Positions 1 to 9,170 of a DNA stretch of 64,000 bases are shown here, one piece after another. The stretch's first letter is position 1, and every line of letters begins with the position of its first letter. Source of the DNA: an uncultured bacterium (GTDB lineage: Bacteria > Armatimonadota > UBA5829); contig CALJES010000005.1 in the NCBI GenBank assembly GCA_938074205.1, positions 10,136 through 74,135 of the forward strand, written 5' to 3'. The position numbers and the translations under genes were made by a program. Below the pieces are notes generated by a model. That model was not told where the DNA came from. It was given only the letters and a program-made list of their open reading frames with translations, and searched no databases.

Positions 1-1
1 A

Positions 2-1708
2 CTAGTTGTTTGCTTTGGACTTTGGTCTTCCTTCGGCACGTAAGCTCCCGGAGGAAGCCGTTACAAGCCTATCGCGCGCAGCCGGATCCCAAGCTATGCT
101 AGTTTCGAACACGCCTCTCGCATCGGTGAGGCCAGTTTGCTTAGCGGGCTTACCTCCGTTAACCGTAAGCGATACCAGACATGACGGCACTGGATTGTCA
201 TTCGTGTCGTAAGCTGTCACACGAACAAGCGAGCCCGCAGTGCCGGCATCTTTTGCCTCAACATCGACCGCAAGTCTCACCGGTGCACCGTTAATGACCG
301 ACACAGGCGCCTCGAGGATACGTCGTCCGATTATCGCATTAACCGCACCCTTACGAGACTTGATAGGCGTGAAGTAACCCTTCTGGTTCACAAATCCTAC
401 TCCGCCTTTGGTACCCCATATTACCTTGTTCAGTAGGTCTTCAGACGGCGGTGACGCATCCGAACTTGACAGGCCCAACAACATACCATATCCCGATACC
501 ACCTCAGAAGGCAAACCACTTATGCTAAGCGGCGAAGTAGGTTCGAAATCCGGAATAGGGGCAAACACCAGGAGCGCGTTAGCCACCTCCCTCTCAATGC
601 CTCCAGATGGAGAGTTGATCACCACCCCGCGGATTGAAAGGGCAGTCGAACCTCCGCCGTCCAGATTAATTGCAGTTACAGCACCCAGGCGCTTCATCAG
701 GTCGGCAAGATCAGGCAGGCTAATCCCCGCACTTATGCTCTGCCTGCCGTCAACCGTTACCAGTAGGAGTTTGTTATCTGCGGTAACGCCAACAGCAGTT
801 CGAGGGTGTCTTGCTTTCTCAAATCCCGATACAGAGAAACCCTCAGCTATCGTATCGATCCAAGTCTTTCCATTGCGCAGTAGCCAAGGACCTCCGCCGA
901 CTGCCTGCGAAACGTTTGTCCAGTCGAACCCATTGGGGCTGATTATATCGAAGCGCAGCGTAATCGCATCGCCCACCGCAACACTGCTCTCAAGAAACGC
1001 CGCCGCCTCGCCACCGGCCGATAAGATCACACCGTCGCTGGAATTGGGGGCATTAATAGGGCCGCGCTTTATCTCTCTGACGACAAGCTTTAGCGGCGTA
1101 TTGATACGAACTGGCGGATTCTCCAAAGCGCAAACAAGATTGATTCCACCGTTAGAGCTGATTGCAACGGGGCCAAACGCGTTGGTGTAGATTACTATCT
1201 CGCCCGACGACCTCGAACGGTTTATCCCGGCCACGGCTCGCTCAGCACCCGAGGCTGTAGTTAGCACGGCTTTCATCTTGGGGGTATCAAAGAAGACGCT
1301 TCGATCACTAGTTATTGCTACTGCGGCACGGTTTCCGGCAGGTTCACTTATCAGCTCCCCGTCAATTATGCAGATACCCAGCGGATCACCGGTAAAAGGA
1401 AAGAAATCAGCGTTTATCCCGACAACTGCGCCTGTTCGTGCGGTGAGGCTGCTGACCGTCTCGCGTCCCCTTACAGGATCATTTGCCAAAATGGCGTCTT
1501 TACCGAGGGCAGCTTTTATTTGTACATTGGTGTCCGTCAGATCAATGCTGACGCAGTTAATGACAAGCGGGCAACTAGGGTTGGTTTGAACCTCTTGAAT
1601 AAGCGTTATGCCCGGCGCTATGTCCTTGACCACGGGCTGCGCGTGTACCGACACGCAAAACAGCGCAAGCAGCACCGTCAGCGCAAGAATTGATCTACTA
1701 CTCCGCAT
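2..1708 (-). CDS. Secreted phosphodiester glycosidase (NAGPA) family protein with C-terminal Ig-like domain
   Basis: Motifs GINADFF, HPRTAVG, VDGRQ, NLDGGGS. Signal peptide from ATG 1708, which has a GGAGG RBS; the track start at 1813 overlaps queG. Confidence 0.8.
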   Translation of the reverse strand: MRSSRSILALTVLLALFCVSVHAQPVVKDIAPGITLIQEVQTNPSCPLVINCVSIDLTDTNVQIKAALGKDAILANDPVRGRETVSSLTARTGAVVGINADFFPFTGDPLGICIIDGELISEPAGNRAAVAITSDRSVFFDTPKMKAVLTTASGAERAVAGINRSRSSGEIVIYTNAFGPVAISSNGGINLVCALENPPVRINTPLKLVVREIKRGPINAPNSSDGVILSAGGEAAAFLESSVAVGDAITLRFDIISPNGFDWTNVSQAVGGGPWLLRNGKTWIDTIAEGFSVSGFEKARHPRTAVGVTADNKLLLVTVDGRQSISAGISLPDLADLMKRLGAVTAINLDGGGSTALSIRGVVINSPSGGIEREVANALLVFAPIPDFEPTSPLSISGLPSEVVSGYGMLLGLSSSDASPPSEDLLNKVIWGTKGGVGFVNQKGYFTPIKSRKGAVNAIIGRRILEAPVSVINGAPVRLAVDVEAKDAGTAGSLVRVTAYDTNDNPVPSCLVSLTVNGGKPAKQTGLTDARGVFETSIAWDPAARDRLVTASSGSLRAEGRPKSKANN

Positions 1709-1736
1709 CTTGCCTCCTACGCAAACAAGTAATCGT

Positions 1737-2675
1737 CTAATAGCTTTGCGCTTCAATGCGACCGATCGCCCACAGGGCGTGTTCCGCCAACACAGGATTG
1801 GCTTCTTCCGCAAGCTTTTCCAACGCCGGAAGGGTTTCCTTGCTCCGGAGATTTCCGGCAGCTACCGCAGCGTTGCGACGGATGGTGTCGCGCCCGATCC
1901 ATCCTATGGAACTGCCACGAACGCGCGCCTGGAAATCCTTCTCGTTGAGCGATATCAATTCTATCAGGTCCGGGTATGCTCCTGGAAATAAAGGCTGCGC
2001 AAATTCGGGAGTTGCCGGCATGATACCTTGGTTCAATGGACAAACTTCTTGGCAGACGTCGCATCCGTACACCCTGTTATCAAGCTTAGCTCTCAGTTCG
2101 AGGGCTATGATCCCTCTGTGCTGTGTAACGCCAGACAGGCACAGATTGCGATCTACCTGATACGGACGGATTATCGCACGCGTGGGACACTGCCTGATGC
2201 ACTCTCCACATTCGTAACAAGTGTCCAATACGCGCGTTGCGCCGGGGGACAACCTAAGATCAGTTATTATTTCCCCGAGCACAACCCAGGAACCGCTGCC
2301 GTCGACATAGATGTTTGCATTCCAACCTCTGAAACCGACCCCCGATAGCACCGCCAGTTTGCGTTCGGGTATCGGAGTCGTATCGACACAGATTTCCAAG
2401 ACGCTATTCGGACACTCCTGGCGAATTGCCTCGCACAGGCCCGAGAGCTTTTCTTTCAGCACCAAGTGATAATCCAAGCTGCGAGCGAATCGAGCAACGA
2501 CGCCGCGCGGTCGATCATCAGACGGACACTCCTGCGGCGGCAGATACGAAAGCGCCACACAAATCACCGACTGAGCCCACGGAAATCTCCGGCGCACCTC
2601 ATCTATGGCAGGAGCGACCCCGAATGCGCTAAAGCCTATACCCCGGGCACAATCCTGTAGTGTCTGCAGAATCAC
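1737..2675 (-). CDS. queG: Epoxyqueuosine reductase
   Basis: DYH motif, CVDTTPIPER, CxxCxxCxxxCP and GCDVCQEVCP 4Fe-4S motifs, RRNAAVAAGN, C-terminal HEAT-like repeat. Confidence 0.85.
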   Translation of the reverse strand: MILQTLQDCARGIGFSAFGVAPAIDEVRRRFPWAQSVICVALSYLPPQECPSDDRPRGVVARFARSLDYHLVLKEKLSGLCEAIRQECPNSVLEICVDTTPIPERKLAVLSGVGFRGWNANIYVDGSGSWVVLGEIITDLRLSPGATRVLDTCYECGECIRQCPTRAIIRPYQVDRNLCLSGVTQHRGIIALELRAKLDNRVYGCDVCQEVCPLNQGIMPATPEFAQPLFPGAYPDLIELISLNEKDFQARVRGSSIGWIGRDTIRRNAAVAAGNLRSKETLPALEKLAEEANPVLAEHALWAIGRIEAQSY

Positions 2676-2764
2676 GGTCTAATCATAGCATGAGAGGACG
2701 AAACCAGCAGTAAAAACAGTCTTGCACCGCTAAAAATGGTAGTAGAAACCTCGGAGGTAGGCAA

Positions 2765-5053
2765 ATGAGCCTCAGAATACCGATAAGAGTTGCTAACACA
2801 AGCACCGCTACTGGACAAAGACCAGTCACAGGTGGGGTTCCTATAGGCCAAGGAGAAGCCCCTGCAAACCCGATATTCGTTATGCTTGATCAGAATGGTC
2901 AGCCGATTCCAACTCAAACTCAGGTTACGGCAAAGTGGCCTGATGGCAGCGCTCGCTGGGTTCTGATAGACTTTCTCGCTGATCCGCCTGCCGGAGAGAC
3001 GCAGTCTTTTACCTTGTGTCTCGCTGACGAGAATATCCACCCAGCCAGCGCTCCCGATTTTGGCGCCGCCATTCAGCCCTGTGGCGACTGCGTAGCCCGG
3101 ATTGATCGGCATCTGCACTTAACGCTTCGTGCAGTCGACGCCGCTGAGCAAGTTTATCGCGGTATAGTTTCAAGCTTCGACATGCTCGTGGATGGCGCCA
3201 TAAGGAAAACCTTTGCCGTTTCTGGCTCTATGCTTGACGAGAACGACCGCCGCTGGTTCGGCTTCCGGACATGGATTCACGTTTTCGCAGGCACGCGAAA
3301 GATTCTAATCGAACCCCTGCTTGTAATGGACGCTGAAGAAGGCCTCATCCAAAAGATAAAAGAGCTTGCGTTGGACCTGACGCCACACGGTGGCCTGAGG
3401 AAGGTCATTCTCGGCGGCACGCCGGGGTTTGTCGGTCAACCCTCAGAAGGCCTACGGCTCTTCCAGATTGATGACCAGCAGTACACAATAGACACCGCCG
3501 AATCCCGTGGAACGAGAGCTCCGGGATGGATGGAAGGCGAGACTGATTTCGGAAGAATCGCGGTCGCGATGCGCGATTTCTGGCAGCAATGGCCGAAAAG
3601 CCTTGAGGCGAACGCTGAGCGGCTTACTATCGGCCTACTGCCGCGGTTTCAAAACGGCGCGTTTGACCATATGCAGCCGTGGTACAAGTACGACTACCTC
3701 TTTGAAGGGGATTGCTACAGGATCCGAACTGGCCAGGCGCGCAGATGGCAAGTCTGGCTGGAAATCGAAGGCGAAGGCACAAATCTGGCTGCCCACGCAA
3801 ACTCGCCTCTCGTGCCATTTGCCGACCCCGGCTACGCAATCTCGACGGGCGTATGGGGCCAAATTGCACCAGCTGGCGCGTGCGGGCAAGAGACTTATGA
3901 CGAGTGGAGTGCAAAGTCCCTCGAATCTCACCTGGACGCAATCGAGCATTCGAGAGACTACGGCGCGATGAACTGGGGCGATTGGTTCGGCGAGCGAAAA
4001 TGCAATTGGGCAAACAACGAATACGATACGGCACGACAGCTATACGTCCACTTCGCCCGAACGGGCGATCCCAGGGCATTTCACCGCGCGTTCGTGACAG
4101 CGCGACACACCTCCGAAGTCGACATAATCCATCACGTTAATAAAGATCTAAAGGCATACTTCCTGGATGAAGTCTGCCGACTCTACACGAACCGTGGAAT
4201 CAGAGATAATTATCCTATACGACCCGGCATGGTTCACGCTCACTGCGTTGGACATGTTGGAGGCTTCCATCCAGTAGAAAAAATCCACGAACTCTACTGC
4301 GAACTGAACCCAGTCCCCAGCGGAAATCCATACCTATGCCTGGATCCCTACAACATAAGCCACCTTTTCACACACGGAATGGTCTACCACTACTTACTTA
4401 CCGCAGATCCCTGGGTTCGAAGCACCTTGGACAAGATCGGTGATAACCTGGCCAAGCTTGTTGAATACGGCAAGTTCCCCTTCGCTGGACGTGGCTGTGA
4501 GGCAAGGGAATACGGATGGCCTATTATCGCGCTGTGTGCATTGTACGAGCTAGAATGGGATGCGCGTTATATTCGCGCGGCTCGAACATTGGTAGATCAG
4601 GTTTTAGCGCTACAGGATCCCGGACAAGGAGGCTGGCTGCGAAGAATCGGATACGGAACCTGCGCCTGCGAGGGCGAAAAGCACGAGGGAGAAGCGACTT
4701 TCCTGAGCGCCATCCGAATCAACGCGCTGTGCCGCTACTACAAGCTCTCCGGCGACGAAAGGGTGCTCCCGCCCATCAAGCGCGCAGTCGACCAGCTAAT
4801 CGAAGACCGCTGGAATGAAGAGAAGTGCGCTTGGCGGCATACGGCATGCCCGAAAGCTGACACGTACGGTCACGTCGGAGTAGTAACTATGGCTATTGCC
4901 AATGCCGTCGACCTCTTCGGAGATGCGAATTACAGGCGCATTCTGCAAAAATCAATGCACAAGATCCTGGAAAATCCCAGTCTGGGCAAGGGCTACGGTC
5001 CTCACGCGTACGGCACAGCCGAAGCGGCAGCTGTTCTTGGGAAGTCCGGCTAG
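2765..5053 (+). CDS. PcRGLX/YetA-like protein (exo-rhamnogalacturonan lyase-like, alpha/alpha barrel)
   Basis: N-terminal PVTGGVP...WPDGSARW motif, RDFWQQWPK, YGAMNWGD and NNEYD segments; 762 aa. Confidence 0.6.
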   Translation: MSLRIPIRVANTSTATGQRPVTGGVPIGQGEAPANPIFVMLDQNGQPIPTQTQVTAKWPDGSARWVLIDFLADPPAGETQSFTLCLADENIHPASAPDFGAAIQPCGDCVARIDRHLHLTLRAVDAAEQVYRGIVSSFDMLVDGAIRKTFAVSGSMLDENDRRWFGFRTWIHVFAGTRKILIEPLLVMDAEEGLIQKIKELALDLTPHGGLRKVILGGTPGFVGQPSEGLRLFQIDDQQYTIDTAESRGTRAPGWMEGETDFGRIAVAMRDFWQQWPKSLEANAERLTIGLLPRFQNGAFDHMQPWYKYDYLFEGDCYRIRTGQARRWQVWLEIEGEGTNLAAHANSPLVPFADPGYAISTGVWGQIAPAGACGQETYDEWSAKSLESHLDAIEHSRDYGAMNWGDWFGERKCNWANNEYDTARQLYVHFARTGDPRAFHRAFVTARHTSEVDIIHHVNKDLKAYFLDEVCRLYTNRGIRDNYPIRPGMVHAHCVGHVGGFHPVEKIHELYCELNPVPSGNPYLCLDPYNISHLFTHGMVYHYLLTADPWVRSTLDKIGDNLAKLVEYGKFPFAGRGCEAREYGWPIIALCALYELEWDARYIRAARTLVDQVLALQDPGQGGWLRRIGYGTCACEGEKHEGEATFLSAIRINALCRYYKLSGDERVLPPIKRAVDQLIEDRWNEEKCAWRHTACPKADTYGHVGVVTMAIANAVDLFGDANYRRILQKSMHKILENPSLGKGYGPHAYGTAEAAAVLGKSG

Positions 5054-5086
5054 GCGGTCTGCAAATTTGCGGACATCGTGCCGCGC

Positions 5087-6313
5087 CTAGCCGTTTGCGA
5101 CCTCGTTGGCAATCCTGACCCATTCTTTCAGTCGCCACGGCTGGTGTTCGACCGTCTGCACATCCTTGAGCGTGATATCTACGAAGCACCCCTTTGAGTC
5201 TTCGAGGGCCCTTTTGAGAACGCGGCGGATGTGATCTGGGTCAAACCCGCAGCACACCATTTCGGCCGGGTTGGGTCTGTATGAGAAAATGTAGTCCGTG
5301 CCTATTTGCTCAGCACAGCGCTTGACATCGGCGACCGGCGTCACCGCGATTCTTCGCAGGTTTGGAATTCGCCTGAGCATGTCGATCTTGTTCGTCAGAT
5401 CCTCGCAGCAGCCGTAAGCCGAAAGCCCAAACTTGGATATGATCGGCAGCTGATACTGAAGCATAAACTCCCAATGCATTTCGGGCGATATCAGCGTATA
5501 CTCCTGTGCTGCCATGAAAACCCAAAGCTTGTCGCGGGTCACAGGAGCGCTGTTCGCCTTAGGATCTGGCAGCTCGCGCGCGTACGGCACAGCCTGATTA
5601 TAGCTATTGGAGAGCTGCCAGTCTCCCGCTTTTTCGGCTTCCTCTTGCGCTTTGAGTATGCCATCACGCATAAATGCGAGAACCTCATGCAGCCATTCAG
5701 GGTTATCGACCATGTCCCACATCAGTTGGTCGAGACCGCGCAGATACGATAGGTACGTGGATATATCTGCTCCCCAGATGCTCCACGCAGGGGACCTATC
5801 CACGTTTACCTCTAGGATATCGCCGACGGCGTCCTGCAGCTGGGCAACGCTGCGGGCAGTGGCGTCTTCGTCGATAACGTGCTTCGGCACGACCATCTTC
5901 TTGGCGTCGTCGAGAGTCTTTATCGCCGGATCGAACTTCCACGATCCGCCAGGCAGGTCTGATGGAATGCGCCCTATCGGAAGTCCCCACAACCCCTCAG
6001 GCGCAATCACCGCTGCCCGCTGGGTAATCCACGGCTCAAATACCCAATCATCCCCGCACGACGCATGGAAAAGCTTCAACCGAAGCTGCTGTTCGTGCGC
6101 TCTGTAGAACGGATCTTCACACTCTAGGTTGACCACATCCGGAATCTCGTGCGCGCACGGCCAATCGAGTATCAAGATGGGCACTCTGGTTCGGACGAAA
6201 CTGTTGTGATCTCGCCAGAGCTTCCTTCTGGCTTCCTGTATAGGGTCAGCAGCGACCTCCGCGTATTGCTTGGCAAGATCGCGAAGTATGATTACGTCTT
6301 TATTGCATTGCAT
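5087..6313 (-). CDS. Uroporphyrinogen decarboxylase-like (URO-D/MtbA TIM barrel) protein
   Basis: LRGLDQLMWDMVDNPE, ISPEMHWEF and YGCCE motifs. Confidence 0.6.
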   Translation of the reverse strand: MQCNKDVIILRDLAKQYAEVAADPIQEARRKLWRDHNSFVRTRVPILILDWPCAHEIPDVVNLECEDPFYRAHEQQLRLKLFHASCGDDWVFEPWITQRAAVIAPEGLWGLPIGRIPSDLPGGSWKFDPAIKTLDDAKKMVVPKHVIDEDATARSVAQLQDAVGDILEVNVDRSPAWSIWGADISTYLSYLRGLDQLMWDMVDNPEWLHEVLAFMRDGILKAQEEAEKAGDWQLSNSYNQAVPYARELPDPKANSAPVTRDKLWVFMAAQEYTLISPEMHWEFMLQYQLPIISKFGLSAYGCCEDLTNKIDMLRRIPNLRRIAVTPVADVKRCAEQIGTDYIFSYRPNPAEMVCCGFDPDHIRRVLKRALEDSKGCFVDITLKDVQTVEHQPWRLKEWVRIANEVANG

Positions 6314-6389
6314 TGTTGATTACCTGGTCGTTGGGCTGAAAGCAGCGCTTCCAGCCCCAGTAGTTCGAATAGTCCACCGTTGGAGGCAG

Positions 6390-7754
6390 CTATCTTCTGA
6401 TTTCTCGCAGCAGCTCCTCTACCTTCTCCTGCATCAGTTCTTTCGTCTTTGCCTCAAGATTTAGGCGGATCAACGGCTCAGTGTTTGAGGGACGAACGTT
6501 GAACCACCAGTCTTCAAACTCAGCCTTATAGCCATCCAGCCACGTGGTACGTTTTGCTGAGCCGTCGTATCGCGCCGCCAATCGCTTGAGAACAGCTTGC
6601 ACGTCCTGCACTTTGGAGTTTATCTCTCCCGAATGGAAGTAACGGCGCAGCGGAGCAACGATCTCTGATGCCGGTTTACCCTCGCGCAGAAGGAGTTTGA
6701 TCATGTTAAGCATCGCCAGGTCGCCGTTATCCGTGGTGTAGAAATCGCTGAAATAGTAGTGGCTTGAAAGCTCGCCGGCAAAGTATCCGCCTTCCTCCCG
6801 CATCTGTTTCTTTATAAGCCCATGCCCGACACGGCACTCAACAGCTTCTCCTCCTGCCTTTGTGATCTCCTCGGGAACTACCCAACTGGAACGCAGATCG
6901 TACAATATTCGAGCGCCTGGTTTTTTATTGAGCATTTCCCTTGCGATTAGGGCCGTGACGAGGTCGCCAGGTATTATATTTCCTTTCTCGTCTACAAAGG
7001 CTACCCTGTCGCCATCGCCATCGAAAGCTACACCCAGGTCAGCCCCTTCGTCGACCACTCGGTCCCTCAGCGTAAGTAGGGTTTCAGTCTTCAGCGGGTT
7101 AGCCTCGTGGTTGGGGAAAGAACCGTCCAGCCGCCAATATAGACGTATCGGCTGGTTTCCGACTCGCTCAAATATTCCGGGCAGCACGTAGCCGCCCATG
7201 CCATTGCCGCAGTCCACGACCAGCTTCAACCCGCCGAAGTCTCGAATCTCTGCATTATTCAGAACAGCCTCAGCGTACGCGTCGCGCACATCTTGCTGGG
7301 GCAGAAGTTTGCCTTTTTCGGCAGGCTCGGGAAAATCGCCCGCACACGCCATTTTCCACAAATCCTCGTTGGAGACGAAAGCTATACTCGGCACAGCGCC
7401 GGGGCCTGTCATCTTATAGCCGTTATATTCGGCGGGGTTGTGAGAAGCACTGCACTGTACGCCGGCATCAGCATTCAGGTAGTTCACAGCGAAATAATAC
7501 ATCGGGGTTGAGGAAAGCCCAATGGGTATGACATCAGCACCTTGGTCAACCAAACCCCTAATAGTGGCGGGCACGAATGTTTCTGCCGAATCCCGCATAT
7601 CGTGGCCTACGACGACGCGCTTGCATTTCATAGCAACAACGAACGCACGCGCAATGCGGTAGGCGACGTCATCATCTATTTCCTGCGGGTATAACCCCCG
7701 AATATCGTAAGCTTTGAATATGTCTTTTTTGATCTCTCGGTGTCCTAAAGCCAT
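6390..7754 (-). CDS. Phosphomannomutase/phosphoglucomutase
   Basis: FKAYDIRG, SASHNP catalytic serine loop, DGDGDR metal loop, RPSNTEP. Confidence 0.92.
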   Translation of the reverse strand: MALGHREIKKDIFKAYDIRGLYPQEIDDDVAYRIARAFVVAMKCKRVVVGHDMRDSAETFVPATIRGLVDQGADVIPIGLSSTPMYYFAVNYLNADAGVQCSASHNPAEYNGYKMTGPGAVPSIAFVSNEDLWKMACAGDFPEPAEKGKLLPQQDVRDAYAEAVLNNAEIRDFGGLKLVVDCGNGMGGYVLPGIFERVGNQPIRLYWRLDGSFPNHEANPLKTETLLTLRDRVVDEGADLGVAFDGDGDRVAFVDEKGNIIPGDLVTALIAREMLNKKPGARILYDLRSSWVVPEEITKAGGEAVECRVGHGLIKKQMREEGGYFAGELSSHYYFSDFYTTDNGDLAMLNMIKLLLREGKPASEIVAPLRRYFHSGEINSKVQDVQAVLKRLAARYDGSAKRTTWLDGYKAEFEDWWFNVRPSNTEPLIRLNLEAKTKELMQEKVEELLREIRR

Positions 7755-7951
7755 ATCTCGACCTCCTGTCAGCGTAGATTATAGCACGAAGCGAGAGTTT
7801 GCATCTGGCACGGCTAATCCGTAGAAAGGAAAAATGCCCAGCCCAACTGCTAATTGGAATGTTTGGCAAAACTGCTGCGGTTCAGTATAGCAGAAGATTT
7901 CTCGGCGAATTAATTATTACCCACACACTATACATTACATACCTAGTCCTA

Positions 7952-7980
7952 TTGCTCCCCCGACGAACTCGTGGTAGCAT
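7952..7980 (+). promoter_or_regulatory. Putative sigma70 promoter for the AGE epimerase gene
   Basis: TTGCTC-17nt-TAGCAT with an extended -10 TG. Confidence 0.4.
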
Positions 7981-8000
7981 TCTTGCCGGAGGTGGCAAGC

Positions 8001-9158
8001 GTGTACGCAGAGGTTTACAAGAAAGGGCTCCTTGAGGATACTATCCCGTTTTGGACCCGACACAGCGTCGACTGGGAGCACGGCGGATTTCTGACTTTCC
8101 TGGATCGAGATGGCTCTGTCTACGGTGGTGACAAGCCCGTCTGGCTACAGGGGAGGATAACTTGGGTCTTTGCAAGGCTTTATAACGAAGTCGAGAAACG
8201 GCAGGACTGGCTCCAGCTTGCGCGACACGGAGCAGATTTCCTCGAAAAGCACTGCTTCGATACGGATGGCCGCATGTTCTTCTTGACCACCCGCGACGGA
8301 ACACCGCTGCGCAAGAGGCGATACGTGTTCTCCGAGGTCTTCGCGGTTATGGGTTTCGCAGAACTTGCAAGGGCAACCGGTGAAGACCGATATCGAGCAA
8401 AAGCGGCCGAAACGTTCGACACGTTGATGCGTTACCACACTACGCCTGGCCTCCTCGAGCCCAAGGAAATACCGGGCGCCCGCCCATCAAAAAGTCACGC
8501 AATGCCGATGATACTGATTCCCACCTGCCAAATCGCTCGGACGGTAGACAACCGGCCGGTATACAACGAAACCATTGATCGCTCCCTGTTCGAGATCTTC
8601 AACCACTTCTGCAAACCCCAACTGCGCGCGCTACTGGAAAGGGTAGGTCCTAATGGAGAGATTATCCCCGACTGCCCTGAAGGACGCCTGATATTGCCAG
8701 GGCACGCCATCGAATCCGCATGGTTCATTATGCAGGAAGCTCAAATCCGCGGAGACCATCAGCTAGCGCTAAACGCAATCCCCATACTCGAGTGGTCGCT
8801 TGAGCGCGGCTGGGATTCGGAATACGGCGGACTGCTGTACTACACGGATCTAGAAGGCAAGCCCTGCGTGCAATATGAGTGGGACATGAAGCTGTGGTGG
8901 CCTCATACAGAGGCACTGGTTGCCACCCTCATGGCATACACCATAACTCGCGACGAGAAATGGCTGCGTTGGCACAACAGAGTTCACAAATATACCTACT
9001 CCCACTTCCCAGATCCCAACTACGGCGAGTGGTTCGGTTATCTACACCGCGACGGCACTGTGTCTCACCGCCTGAAGGGCAATCTGTGGAAAGGCCCGTA
9101 CCACCTAGCCCGCATGCAGCTTATGTGTTGGAAGATGGCGGAGAAACTAGGTTTGTAG
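8001..9158 (+). CDS. N-acylglucosamine 2-epimerase (AGE family)
   Basis: PGHAIESAWF, KLWWPHTEAL, EWFGYLHRDG, WKGPYH. GTG 8001 follows GGAGG; track start is 7971. Confidence 0.88.
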   Translation: MYAEVYKKGLLEDTIPFWTRHSVDWEHGGFLTFLDRDGSVYGGDKPVWLQGRITWVFARLYNEVEKRQDWLQLARHGADFLEKHCFDTDGRMFFLTTRDGTPLRKRRYVFSEVFAVMGFAELARATGEDRYRAKAAETFDTLMRYHTTPGLLEPKEIPGARPSKSHAMPMILIPTCQIARTVDNRPVYNETIDRSLFEIFNHFCKPQLRALLERVGPNGEIIPDCPEGRLILPGHAIESAWFIMQEAQIRGDHQLALNAIPILEWSLERGWDSEYGGLLYYTDLEGKPCVQYEWDMKLWWPHTEALVATLMAYTITRDEKWLRWHNRVHKYTYSHFPDPNYGEWFGYLHRDGTVSHRLKGNLWKGPYHLARMQLMCWKMAEKLGL

Positions 9159-9170
9159 ACAACCCCCACG

